From a virus (Duplodnaviria > Caudoviricetes): a stretch of 64,000 nt of DNA. Position numbers and translations under genes: made by a program. Under the pieces are notes generated by a model that saw only the letters and a program-made list of their open reading frames with translations, was not told the DNA's origin and ran no database searches. Of this stretch, positions 1 through 6,994 are shown one piece after another. The DNA is taken from positions 167 through 64,166 of the IMG/VR virus record IMGVR_UViG_3300030390_001134. One strand, given 5' to 3'. Every line of letters begins with the position of its first letter. Within the stretch, counting starts at the first letter, position 1.

Positions 1-140
1 TGTGCCTACTACTAATAGGTGGCATAACAGTACCGTAGAGTACTCACACCCGTTATGTACTACAGCGCTGTATTTCACCTTTGCAGGATTAGCCCTTCAC
101 AAGTACACCTTACGCCATCGCGTTATTTAGTTAGCTATTG

Positions 141-536
141 TCATTCTCTACCCTCTCTACCAGTAGACGATATGGACGCTAAGTCTTCATCTATGATGTT
201 AAATATGTCTGATAAGATTGAGTGGAACTCATCTTCTGGCGCGTCTAAGTCATCTAAACCGCTGATATTATCAACTACAACTGTGTTGCTATAGTCTAGG
301 CTAAACTCTATATCTAAGTCGCTGCTGTCAAAATTGCCTAATTGATCGTGAAATGCTCTACACAAGCATGACACTAGTTCGTTAGCTAGATCTTCACTAA
401 TCTTTGGCTTGTTTATATTTGCTAGCTCTTCACGTGCTACTTGAGCAGATGACACAGCTACGCCTAACTCTTCACGTTTGATCGCTTCATTGGCTACAAG
501 CGCTTCCAGCTTGACTTTTAATTGTTCTTTATTCAT
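141..536 (-). CDS. hypothetical early protein (acidic, coiled-coil N-terminus)
   Basis: 131-aa ORF, co-oriented with the early cluster, AT-rich leader. Confidence 0.75.
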   Translation of the reverse strand: MNKEQLKVKLEALVANEAIKREELGVAVSSAQVAREELANINKPKISEDLANELVSCLCRAFHDQLGNFDSSDLDIEFSLDYSNTVVVDNISGLDDLDAPEDEFHSILSDIFNIIDEDLASISSTGREGRE

Positions 537-554
537 TATATTATATTATTTTAG

Positions 555-764
555 TTATCCTAACATTGTACCATAACCACGTCTACGTGTCATTTTAGCT
601 ATTTTAGCAGCATCAGACTGAGACATTATTTGTATAGTATTGCCTGTCTTGTGGTTTATAAGCGGCGCACAACCATAACGCTCTACAGTAGAGCAGTTGA
701 CGCATACTTTGTAACCAAGGCGCAGGCGACCTTCGGGTATTGTATCGTTACATTTGCATTTCAT
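555..764 (-). CDS. small C4 zinc-finger protein, DksA/TraR-finger-like
   Basis: MKCKCNDTIPEGRLRLGYKVCVNC resembles the DksA/TraR C4 finger (C..IPE.R....CV.C). Start moved to the ATG at 764 because the track's MDNI N-terminus lies inside the promoter motif. Confidence 0.6.
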   Translation of the reverse strand: MKCKCNDTIPEGRLRLGYKVCVNCSTVERYGCAPLINHKTGNTIQIMSQSDAAKIAKMTRRRGYGTMLG

Positions 765-770
765 ATATAT

Positions 771-800
771 ATTATCCAAAGGTAATCGTATTTAGTTTGT
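771..800 (-). promoter_or_regulatory. class E (early) promoter-like motif, copy 1
   Basis: Minus strand ACAAACTAAATACGA-TTACCTT-TGGATAAT, then 6 nt, then ATG (764). Confidence 0.8.
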
Positions 801-1094
801 AAACTCTTGTAAGTAGTCGATCACTTCTTCAGGTCGTCTGAAGTCTACAGTTCTACCTTGCTCGATAAGAGTCACAGAGAAAGTGTTGAAGCACTCGTTT
901 TCTGGATCAAAGACATCACTATTAGGTATGTATATTTGAAACTCTTCTTCAAAGTCTAACCCACCACCCGTGTCTAAAAGCACTGATATTGATGCGGTTA
1001 CATCATTACCATAAGTAGTGTCTTCAAAAGACACACCTGCTTCGCGTAGCGCGTTAGACATATCGTCGTAGTTTTTCTGTTCTCTATAGGTCAT
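792..1094 (-). CDS. hypothetical early protein (acidic)
   Basis: 100-aa ORF; start overlaps the upstream stop (ATGA). Confidence 0.75.
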   Translation of the reverse strand: MTYREQKNYDDMSNALREAGVSFEDTTYGNDVTASISVLLDTGGGLDFEEEFQIYIPNSDVFDPENECFNTFSVTLIEQGRTVDFRRPEEVIDYLQEFTN

Positions 1095-1249
1095 AGTAAT
1101 TTAGTTTGTAGTGATTTCACAGCGTCTAATCTGTCTTGAGCATCTCGAACGCAATCTAAATCAAGTTGCACGTCAAGCAAATGATCTTCCATGTGATCGA
1201 GTGCTACCGCTAGCACGTTTAGCTCTATATTAGTTAGTTTAGTTATCAT
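1091..1249 (-). CDS. small hypothetical protein (52 aa, below ORF-track cutoff)
   Basis: MITKLTNIELNVLAVALDHMEDH...KLL*; tiles the gap and overlaps its neighbours. Confidence 0.6.
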   Translation of the reverse strand: MITKLTNIELNVLAVALDHMEDHLLDVQLDLDCVRDAQDRLDAVKSLQTKLL

Positions 1250-1361
1250 CTTCTTGGTATATTATTTCTTCTATTTCACATAACAGCATCTCGTCGATCT
1301 GTTCTCGCGTGTAAACGCCTTTGCATAGTTTAAATGCAGCATCCCATGGGCAGTAGTTCAT
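1239..1361 (-). CDS. small hypothetical protein (40 aa)
   Basis: MNYCPWDAAFKLCKGVYTREQIDEM...; ATGA overlap with the upstream stop. Confidence 0.6.
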   Translation of the reverse strand: MNYCPWDAAFKLCKGVYTREQIDEMLLCEIEEIIYQEDDN

Positions 1362-1879
1362 TCTTGTATTCTTTTTAGTATTGCATTTTGAGTGCTTGGG
1401 TGACAAGTATCGAAATCAAACTCATTGAACACGTATTTAGCCATTCTGTTCAAGCTATCCATGTTAATTTGTGGTTGAAACTTTGGTTTAGCGACGAAGT
1501 AGTTACGCATAATAAAGTCAAATAAGTACTCTATTCTGTCACCAACGCCGTCAATTAGCACACATTTAGAGTGATCGTACCTTTTTCTGTACAAACCCGC
1601 ATGCGGACCAGTGGTAATCTTCATGAAACCACTGTCAACTTTCTCTCTTTTATTGATTTGATAGCAAGGACAGTAGCCATACTTCACTAATTTACGCACA
1701 TAACCGCTATTATATGTAGCAAAATCTATGTCATAACCATAAGCATCTTTAAATGGTAAACGATATACTCGCGTGCCATTGTTGTTTTGCCTTGTAGTTG
1801 TTACTTCAGTAACACCTATTGTAGACAGAGCGTCTCTATAACGCTCGTATTTCTTGTATTGTTCACTGTGTAAAGTCAT
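1358..1879 (-). CDS. hypothetical early protein
   Basis: Track ORF 1358-1957; likely start MTLHSEQ at 1879, overlapping the upstream TGA (ATGA). Confidence 0.7.
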   Translation of the reverse strand: MTLHSEQYKKYERYRDALSTIGVTEVTTTRQNNNGTRVYRLPFKDAYGYDIDFATYNSGYVRKLVKYGYCPCYQINKREKVDSGFMKITTGPHAGLYRKRYDHSKCVLIDGVGDRIEYLFDFIMRNYFVAKPKFQPQINMDSLNRMAKYVFNEFDFDTCHPSTQNAILKRIQE

Positions 1880-2052
1880 GAGTTGTCGATTATATAAGTG
1901 AAACCTTTGTAACCGAACCAGTCGCTTATACCATCTGACTCGCCGAAGTTGATACAACCGAAGTTGTTTGGCAGGTCGCTAATACAGTATGGTCGATAAG
2001 TTACGCCATCGAGCTGTATTTTGTTGTACTTTAAGAATTTAATTGTTTTCAT
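1876..2052 (-). CDS. hypothetical early protein
   Basis: MKTIKFLKYNKIQLDG...; ATG 6 nt after the GATAAT box. Confidence 0.7.
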   Translation of the reverse strand: MKTIKFLKYNKIQLDGVTYRPYCISDLPNNFGCINFGESDGISDWFGYKGFTYIIDNS

Positions 2053-2058
2053 ACTTAT

Positions 2059-2088
2059 ATTATCCATTAGCTGTCGTATTTAGTTTGT
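2059..2088 (-). promoter_or_regulatory. class E promoter-like motif, copy 2
   Basis: ACAAACTAAATACGA-CAGCTAA-TGGATAAT, 6 nt, ATG (2052). Confidence 0.8.
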
Positions 2089-2218
2089 TAATCTCTGCGT
2101 TTATATCACTTAGTTTACCTTGGTAAAACCTACTATAATGAGCATCGTTGGCATCCATATAGTTTTTCATTTGTGTTTTTAGCGTATCTAACGCTTCTAG
2201 TATTAATTCTTTATTCAT
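2060..2218 (-). CDS. small hypothetical protein (52 aa)
   Basis: MNKELILEALDTLKTQMKNY...; fills the gap between neighbours. Confidence 0.55.
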   Translation of the reverse strand: MNKELILEALDTLKTQMKNYMDANDAHYSRFYQGKLSDINAEINKLNTTANG

Positions 2219-2223
2219 TATTT

Positions 2224-2364
2224 CTATTCATTTATTGGTGTTGATAGTAAGTAAGTTTCAAGTATGTGAACCATTTCTTCATCATTACAAGTCATGAAAC
2301 CAAACTCACCGTAAATGTCTTCTGCTAGTCTATCTAGCTCTTGTAAGTGATCGTTGTACTTCAT
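2224..2364 (-). CDS. small hypothetical protein (46 aa)
   Basis: MKYNDHLQELDRLAEDIYGEFGF...; TAATG overlap with the upstream gene. Confidence 0.6.
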   Translation of the reverse strand: MKYNDHLQELDRLAEDIYGEFGFMTCNDEEMVHILETYLLSTPINE

Positions 2365-2549
2365 TAGTATAGTGTTGTGCCATTGTTTATAGCTAAGTTA
2401 TCCATAAAGTCGTCAAACTCTTGCGAGTCTTCAGTAGAGAGCTTGTGAGGCTTTGCTATTGTATATCCACTTTTGATAAGTGACTGCTCGATCATTTTGA
2501 TTGCTATTCCAGTAGCATTCTTACCTGTTTTCTTATTTATTATCTTCAT
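2364..2549 (-). CDS. hypothetical early protein
   Basis: 61 aa MKIINKKTGKNAT...; TAATG coupling at both ends. Confidence 0.7.
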   Translation of the reverse strand: MKIINKKTGKNATGIAIKMIEQSLIKSGYTIAKPHKLSTEDSQEFDDFMDNLAINNGTTLY

Positions 2550-2788
2550 TATTTGTAGTATTTAATTGGCATTGATACAAAGTCACCTGATGACCAACTG
2601 CACCTACCTGTTTGTTTAAGTAGTCTAGAGTTCTCTGCTTGTATTGCTTTGCGAGCATCATAACACCACTCGCGACTGAATACAACACCGTTAGGCCACT
2701 TAGGCCATAGTACGGAATATTCTTTCTCTGTGTCTTTACAACGGAAACCACTATCTAGTATTCTTGATTTGTATATTTGTATTCTCAT
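2549..2788 (-). CDS. hypothetical early protein
   Basis: MRIQIYKSRILDSGF...; ATG 6 nt after the GATAAT box. Confidence 0.7.
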   Translation of the reverse strand: MRIQIYKSRILDSGFRCKDTEKEYSVLWPKWPNGVVFSREWCYDARKAIQAENSRLLKQTGRCSWSSGDFVSMPIKYYK

Positions 2789-2794
2789 GATATT

Positions 2795-2824
2795 ATTATC
2801 CATTACTTATCGTGTTTAGTCTGT
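2795..2824 (-). promoter_or_regulatory. class E promoter-like motif, copy 3
   Basis: ACAGACTAAACACGA-TAAGTAA-TGGATAAT, 6 nt, ATG (2788). Confidence 0.75.
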
Positions 2825-3073
2825 GCGGTAACCTTTCTCACCATAACCACCAACCATTTCATCGATATCAATACAACAGTTAATGAAGTCATCAGCATCT
2901 CTAATACTATCTGCTTCAGAGAGTAATTCCCAACCCATTTCTAAGTGCATAGAGCAGTTCCACTCTGCCTCATCCTGATCTATCTCGTTATCGCTATTAT
3001 CAATCGACATAATACTATACTCTGCAACACCTCTATGGTGACGAGTGATTATGAATAAGTAATCTGACTTCAT
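2816..3073 (-). CDS. hypothetical early protein (acidic)
   Basis: 85-aa ORF, ATGA overlap with the upstream ORF. Confidence 0.7.
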   Translation of the reverse strand: MKSDYLFIITRHHRGVAEYSIMSIDNSDNEIDQDEAEWNCSMHLEMGWELLSEADSIRDADDFINCCIDIDEMVGGYGEKGYRTD

Positions 3074-3195
3074 GACACTACATTTATTACTAGTGATATC
3101 ATTCCGAAAGCAAATGTGACGAAGTTGATAAGGAATAGTGATTTGAATGTAACTTCATTTATTGTTACTATTACGTGGTGATTAAAAATTCTCAT
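3070..3195 (-). CDS. small membrane peptide (41 aa)
   Basis: MRIFNHHVIVTINEVTFKSLFLINFVTFAFGMISLVINVVS*, hydrophobic C-terminal half. Confidence 0.5.
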   Translation of the reverse strand: MRIFNHHVIVTINEVTFKSLFLINFVTFAFGMISLVINVVS

Positions 3196-3218
3196 AGTTA
3201 GTTATTTATTTTATTTAT

Positions 3219-3494
3219 TTAGTTTCTGTGGTGATGACATTGTCCACTCGTGTGAGTTGTCTTGTTTTTGCATTGGTTGTTACTTTTAGTAATACCAGTA
3301 CACTGAACTGACTCGATCTTCGCTACTTTAACATAAGTAGAGTCGTGCTGCCAACATAAGTTTCTACCTACAATAGCAAGATTCTTGCATTGAGTATTTG
3401 TTTTAGTAGTATCAGAGCATTGTACTCTATCAGTCTGAGTGAAAGCAGTTGAGCTTAACGCTAACATTACTGCTGTTGTAATTATTGTTTTCAT
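3219..3494 (-). CDS. secreted protein with two tandem CCCH zinc-finger-like repeats
   Basis: Signal peptide MKTIITTAVMLALSSTAFT|Q; repeats QCSDTTKTNTQCKN...LCWQH and QCTGITKSNNQCKN...QCHHH. Confidence 0.75.
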   Translation of the reverse strand: MKTIITTAVMLALSSTAFTQTDRVQCSDTTKTNTQCKNLAIVGRNLCWQHDSTYVKVAKIESVQCTGITKSNNQCKNKTTHTSGQCHHHRN

Positions 3495-3615
3495 GTAACA
3501 GCATGAGAATCGAACTCATCTTGTGTATCACTTGCAAGCTATTGCTCGCTCCTCTCACTTTGTAACCTAGTTATAGGTGGAGTTTATCGCTTACACACAA
3601 TCACCATGACTGCTA
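3495..3615 (-). ncRNA. tRNA-like / tmRNA-TLD-like structured element (not a canonical tRNA)
   Basis: 7-bp acceptor-like stem TAGCAGT/GCTGTTA (two G-U pairs), T-arm ATGAG-TTCGATT-CTCAT, GG-containing 8-nt linker, TTGTGT/ACACAA helix enclosing ~68 nt. Confidence 0.5.
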
Positions 3616-3746
3616 TGTTAACTCTTACTGCGCCCTTTGATCACTACTTTAATAAGTGAAGCTCGACTTACTGGTTTTATACGTGAGTGTTCATATTTGA
3701 TTAACGAGGGAACATTCAACTAACTCGACTATATTTAGAGTGCTTA

Positions 3747-3986
3747 TTAAGACACTACTGCATCACTTTCACGCAATACTTTTGGCAGATTGCCACTTGC
3801 AGTGTATGATTTGTACTTTGCCCAGCAATTCATTGCTTCGAGCGACTCTTGCATGATAGCGAAAGCTTTGTCATGTGAGTATGTTACTTGATTACCATTT
3901 TTAAATGTTACTTCAATGTTAGTATTCTTTCCGAGTAGTGATTGGCGTACTACAAAGCGCTTTGATTGGAGTGTATTTTGACTCAT
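3747..3986 (-). CDS. hypothetical early protein
   Basis: 79-aa ORF downstream of promoter copy 4, AT-rich leader. Confidence 0.75.
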   Translation of the reverse strand: MSQNTLQSKRFVVRQSLLGKNTNIEVTFKNGNQVTYSHDKAFAIMQESLEAMNCWAKYKSYTASGNLPKVLRESDAVVS

Positions 3987-4037
3987 ATTATTAATTATTT
4001 ATTTAGTTTATTATTATTCTTTGTTTGTTACATATAT

Positions 4038-4067
4038 ATTATCTATACATGATCGTTTTTAGTTTGT
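4038..4067 (-). promoter_or_regulatory. class E promoter-like motif, copy 4
   Basis: ACAAACTAAAAACGA-TCATGTA-TAGATAAT. Confidence 0.75.
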
Positions 4068-4231
4068 AAAAGTAGTGACTTCGTTTAGTCAATCGTTCAC
4101 GTTAGTATGTATTCCGCCACGCTCGTGAGTGCACAAGTAGAATTGATATTGCATTATTGTATTTTAGTTGTAGTATCTGTAGGTAAATTCCCAGTATTTT
4201 GGCATAGTATTATTGTATTTGTTATTAGTTA

Positions 4232-4336
4232 TTATTCAGAGTATTGTGACATGATATAGTTCATGTATATATTGATTTGTGTTTGAGTTGGATTTGTTAA
4301 GAGAAATTCTCTGTAGTTTTGTAGTAATTGTTTCAT
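4232..4336 (-). CDS. small hypothetical protein (34 aa)
   Basis: MKQLLQNYREFLLTNPTQTQINIYMNYIMSQYSE*; ATG exactly 6 nt after the GATAAT box of copy 5. Confidence 0.55.
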   Translation of the reverse strand: MKQLLQNYREFLLTNPTQTQINIYMNYIMSQYSE

Positions 4337-4342
4337 GTTATT

Positions 4343-4372
4343 ATTATCTATTGTGACTCGTATTTATATTGT
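4343..4372 (-). promoter_or_regulatory. class E promoter-like motif, copy 5
   Basis: ACAATATAAATACGA-GTCACAA-TAGATAAT, 6 nt, ATG (4336). Confidence 0.75.
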
Positions 4373-4468
4373 GATTGAGTGAATGTTAGTAGTTATTATT
4401 ATAAAGATTGTAAATGAAATTGCTAAAAGAATTATAAATAGAATTTCTGAAAGTATTTTTTTAAACAT
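4364..4468 (-). CDS. small single-pass membrane peptide (34 aa)
   Basis: MFKKILSEILFIILLAISFTIFIIITTNIHSITI*; first ORF after promoter copy 6. Confidence 0.45.
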   Translation of the reverse strand: MFKKILSEILFIILLAISFTIFIIITTNIHSITI

Positions 4469-4498
4469 TGTAAAGTAGATTTGTTTTGTTATATATAT

Positions 4499-4528
4499 AT
4501 TATCTAAATGAAGTCGTATTTATGTTGT
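4499..4528 (-). promoter_or_regulatory. class E promoter-like motif, copy 6
   Basis: ACAACATAAATACGA-CTTCATT-TAGATAAT. Confidence 0.75.
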
Positions 4529-4532
4529 AAAA

Positions 4533-4617
4533 GTGAAGAGAGAAGTGAAAAGTAGAGAGTGGGGGTGGGTGAAGAGTTGGAGTTTTTGTGGGAGAGGGGA
4601 GCGGGATAGGAGGGGGG
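4533..4617 (+). other. purine/G-rich tract at the divergence point, with a potential G-quadruplex at 4590-4617
   Basis: GGG-AGA-GGGG-AGC-GGG-ATAGGA-GGGGGG inside a nearly C-free stretch within an AT-rich intergenic region. Confidence 0.5.
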
Positions 4618-4655
4618 CTATGCATAGGCCCTATATTTACAACAACTTTTTTTTA

Positions 4656-4701
4656 GTGACAATAGCCTATAAAGTAGTACCTAGTAACAGGCTTGTGTCA
4701 C
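4656..4701. repeat. interrupted inverted repeat just upstream of the late promoter
   Basis: GTGACA-AT-AGCCT ... AGGCT-TG-TGTCAC. Confidence 0.55.
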
Positions 4702-4706
4702 ACTTT

Positions 4707-4735
4707 GTAAATAGTAAAGTAATCCTGTAATTATA
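4707..4735 (+). promoter_or_regulatory. class L (middle/late) promoter-like motif
   Basis: GTAAATA-N12-TGTAATTATA at the head of the structural operon; same motif at 8801, 32730 and 63529 (minus). Confidence 0.7.
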
Positions 4736-4756
4736 CGAAGTATAACACTTTAAACA

Positions 4757-5149
4757 ATGGCAACACTAACCCCAACATTAACATTAGCAAGTACGGATCT
4801 ATCGTCCGCGGAAGCTCTATCATTGTCCGTGACAGATTCTTTATCTGTAGCGGGTGGTGCGCAGTCTTTCCAAAAAGTAGTATCGAGCACTAAGTCTAAC
4901 TTACTACTAGCCTCTGCTTACACTAAATCATATGTGTTCTTACAAAACTTAGACTCTAGCATTGTTATACATATAGGTATGGATACTGAGGCTGATAACA
5001 CTATAGATAACGACGCAACTGATTTGTTTATAGAGTTAGCGGCTGAAGAATTCGCATTCTTCCCGTGGTCAGCGACGTATAACCTGCATGTTGACGCAGC
5101 ATCAGGCACACCAACTTTAGAGGTTAGAGTATTTCAAGCAGCATCATAA
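4757..5149 (+). CDS. putative virion structural protein (paralog of 5151)
   Basis: Shares MATLTPTLTLASTD, SLSVTDSL and EEFAFFP with the next ORF. Confidence 0.75.
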   Translation: MATLTPTLTLASTDLSSAEALSLSVTDSLSVAGGAQSFQKVVSSTKSNLLLASAYTKSYVFLQNLDSSIVIHIGMDTEADNTIDNDATDLFIELAAEEFAFFPWSATYNLHVDAASGTPTLEVRVFQAAS

Positions 5150-5150
5150 C

Positions 5151-5594
5151 ATGGCAACATTAACTCCTACATTAACACTAGCATCGACTGATGCTTTCGC
5201 AAATCAAGCTATAAGTCTATCCGTAACGGATTCTTTGACTATATCAGCTCCTATGGCAGATATATCTAGAATGGCCGTTGACGACGATATAGGTAACGGA
5301 GCTGGAATAATACTAACCGAAGCCGAGAGCACTGCCACTACGTTTGTATATGTTAAGCATTTAGGTGTCTTAGCATCAGACTTTTCTACTGCGTGCCACG
5401 CATCTAACGATTTCGTGCTATTAAAAAACGCAGACGCAGACGTAAGCTTTATAAAGCTACAACCTGAGGAGTTTGCTTTTTTCCCACTACAGGAGTTTGA
5501 TGGATCAGACGGAGGCGTAGAACCTGGCGGGTTAAAAGTAATAAAAGGTAGCGCAGACGTAGTTATAGAGTTCGCTTATTTCACTAGAGGATAA
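5151..5594 (+). CDS. putative virion structural protein (paralog of 4757)
   Basis: Same shared motifs; beta-rich composition. Confidence 0.75.
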   Translation: MATLTPTLTLASTDAFANQAISLSVTDSLTISAPMADISRMAVDDDIGNGAGIILTEAESTATTFVYVKHLGVLASDFSTACHASNDFVLLKNADADVSFIKLQPEEFAFFPLQEFDGSDGGVEPGGLKVIKGSADVVIEFAYFTRG

Positions 5595-5606
5595 AAATAA
5601 ACAACT

Positions 5607-5996
5607 ATGGCATTTAAGATAAAGGGCAAAAGCCCAATGATGAAAGCTTTAGTAGGTAAACAACATAACCTACCACCAGAACTAAAGGCTAAGATCGAAG
5701 CTTCACCGGCTAAAAAGTACGCGAGTGACGCTCAACGCAAGGCTGTTCACGCTTCAAAAGCTGAGTCCGCTATGAAAAAGGGCGATGACCCAGCCTCTGT
5801 AACTAACCGCAGGAACGAGGGGGACATGAAGGGTGCGCGTATAGAGAGACGCAGAGGCAACGCCGCGGCTAATAAAAACACTAGAAGAGCAGCAAGATTA
5901 GCTAGAAAGCTAAAAGCACATGATAATACAGACAACAAGGGTAAGCAGCCAACTGAAACAAAGAGTGTTGGTCGTGGCGGAAGTATAGAATTTTAA
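5607..5996 (+). CDS. basic MAFK-tagged protein
   Basis: N-terminus MAFKIKG; K/R-rich, low complexity. Confidence 0.75.
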   Translation: MAFKIKGKSPMMKALVGKQHNLPPELKAKIEASPAKKYASDAQRKAVHASKAESAMKKGDDPASVTNRRNEGDMKGARIERRRGNAAANKNTRRAARLARKLKAHDNTDNKGKQPTETKSVGRGGSIEF

Positions 5997-6025
5997 CAAC
6001 AAACTAAACAAACAATATATATATT

Positions 6026-6388
6026 ATGGCATTTAAAATGAAAGGCAACCCGATGCAACGTAACTACGGCGTCGGAGCACCAACAAAGAAATCAGCATAT
6101 CCATTAAAAGGTGATACGGAACCTACGCCCGGAGCTGATCCAAAAACTGAAGAAGGAACGCAGGAACTTATAGACAATGCTATGCGCCCCGCTAGGAAAG
6201 TGGCAATAGGCGAAGAAACCACAGAGGGGATGAAGAAATACTTTGGAGGTGTTAACGCTGATATGGATGCAGTGAGATTAGCCATCCGAAAAGCAAGTTC
6301 AATTGAAGGTAATAGCGACCATGTTAAAAACATGCGCAAGGTCGCTGGTAATAGGTACCCAAAAAATGAAGGGTTCGGTACCTTTTAA
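6026..6388 (+). CDS. MAFK-tagged protein
   Basis: N-terminus MAFKMKG. Confidence 0.75.
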   Translation: MAFKMKGNPMQRNYGVGAPTKKSAYPLKGDTEPTPGADPKTEEGTQELIDNAMRPARKVAIGEETTEGMKKYFGGVNADMDAVRLAIRKASSIEGNSDHVKNMRKVAGNRYPKNEGFGTF

Positions 6389-6466
6389 TGTTTCAGGCCT
6401 CACCCAAGGAATATATATGTAGGGAAACTCCCTATACCATAAACAGTCATAAAAACCAAACACAAA

Positions 6467-6757
6467 ATGACCTATTTATACTACAACAGTACGTCTACGA
6501 CGCACACCGCAAAGCCTAGTGCTAAAGAAATTGGCGAGTTTACTCATATGGCGGCTAAAAGCAACTGGCGGATCACCCAATTACCTAACGGATTCTACCA
6601 AACGGAGGTATCTAACCCTAATGAGGCCGAAAACTGGCATTCTGTAACCCGAAGAGAAACGCTCGAGGGTGCGGAATCCGCCATTGATGGTAGCATCGAC
6701 TACTTTTCAAAGAAACTAGAGGCCGTAAGTGGCCCAAAAGTAGTAAAAACATTCTAA
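6467..6757 (+). CDS. hypothetical protein
   Basis: 96-aa ORF with an A-rich leader. Confidence 0.75.
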   Translation: MTYLYYNSTSTTHTAKPSAKEIGEFTHMAAKSNWRITQLPNGFYQTEVSNPNEAENWHSVTRRETLEGAESAIDGSIDYFSKKLEAVSGPKVVKTF

Positions 6758-6769
6758 TAAACAAGAGAT

Positions 6770-6964
6770 ATGGCGTTTAAAATGAAAGGCATGAAGTTCT
6801 ATGGTGACAGATCTAGAAAAGAGATGCGCAAAGACATACAGGCCGAGCGCCGTACCTTAAAAGAGGGTGGCGCAACTAGAGAAGAGGTTAAAACCTTTAA
6901 TCAAAACCAACGCGACCGTAAGAAAGAAATAAGAGACGAGGTTAAGTCTCAAAAAAACAAGTAA
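6770..6964 (+). CDS. basic MAFK-tagged protein
   Basis: MAFKMKG plus a charged helix. Confidence 0.7.
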   Translation: MAFKMKGMKFYGDRSRKEMRKDIQAERRTLKEGGATREEVKTFNQNQRDRKKEIRDEVKSQKNK

Positions 6965-6994
6965 CTAAACTAATTTAATTTAATTTAATACAGT

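Noticed and set aside
55-294. Plus-strand ORF, and the many short antisense ORFs across the window (e.g. 7042-7470, 31689-32156, 36932-37357)
   Set aside because: Shadow frames opposite well-supported genes in strictly strand-organised blocks
555-2803. Shared MDN(I/N) N-terminus of three early ORFs as a protein targeting motif
   Set aside because: It is the translation of the promoter box (T/A)TGGATAAT; the real starts are the ATGs 6 nt downstream of GATAAT
3495-3615. Canonical tRNA gene
   Set aside because: No D-stem, no 7-nt anticodon loop in the expected place and no CCA; kept only as a tRNA-like element
771-4528. Repeated 30-nt motif as a CRISPR array
   Set aside because: Copies are degenerate, irregularly spaced (150-1300 nt) and separated by genes; no cas genes are present
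4533-4730. 65-aa plus-strand ORF
   Set aside because: GTG start, spans the G-rich tract, inverted repeat and late promoter; the composition looks non-coding
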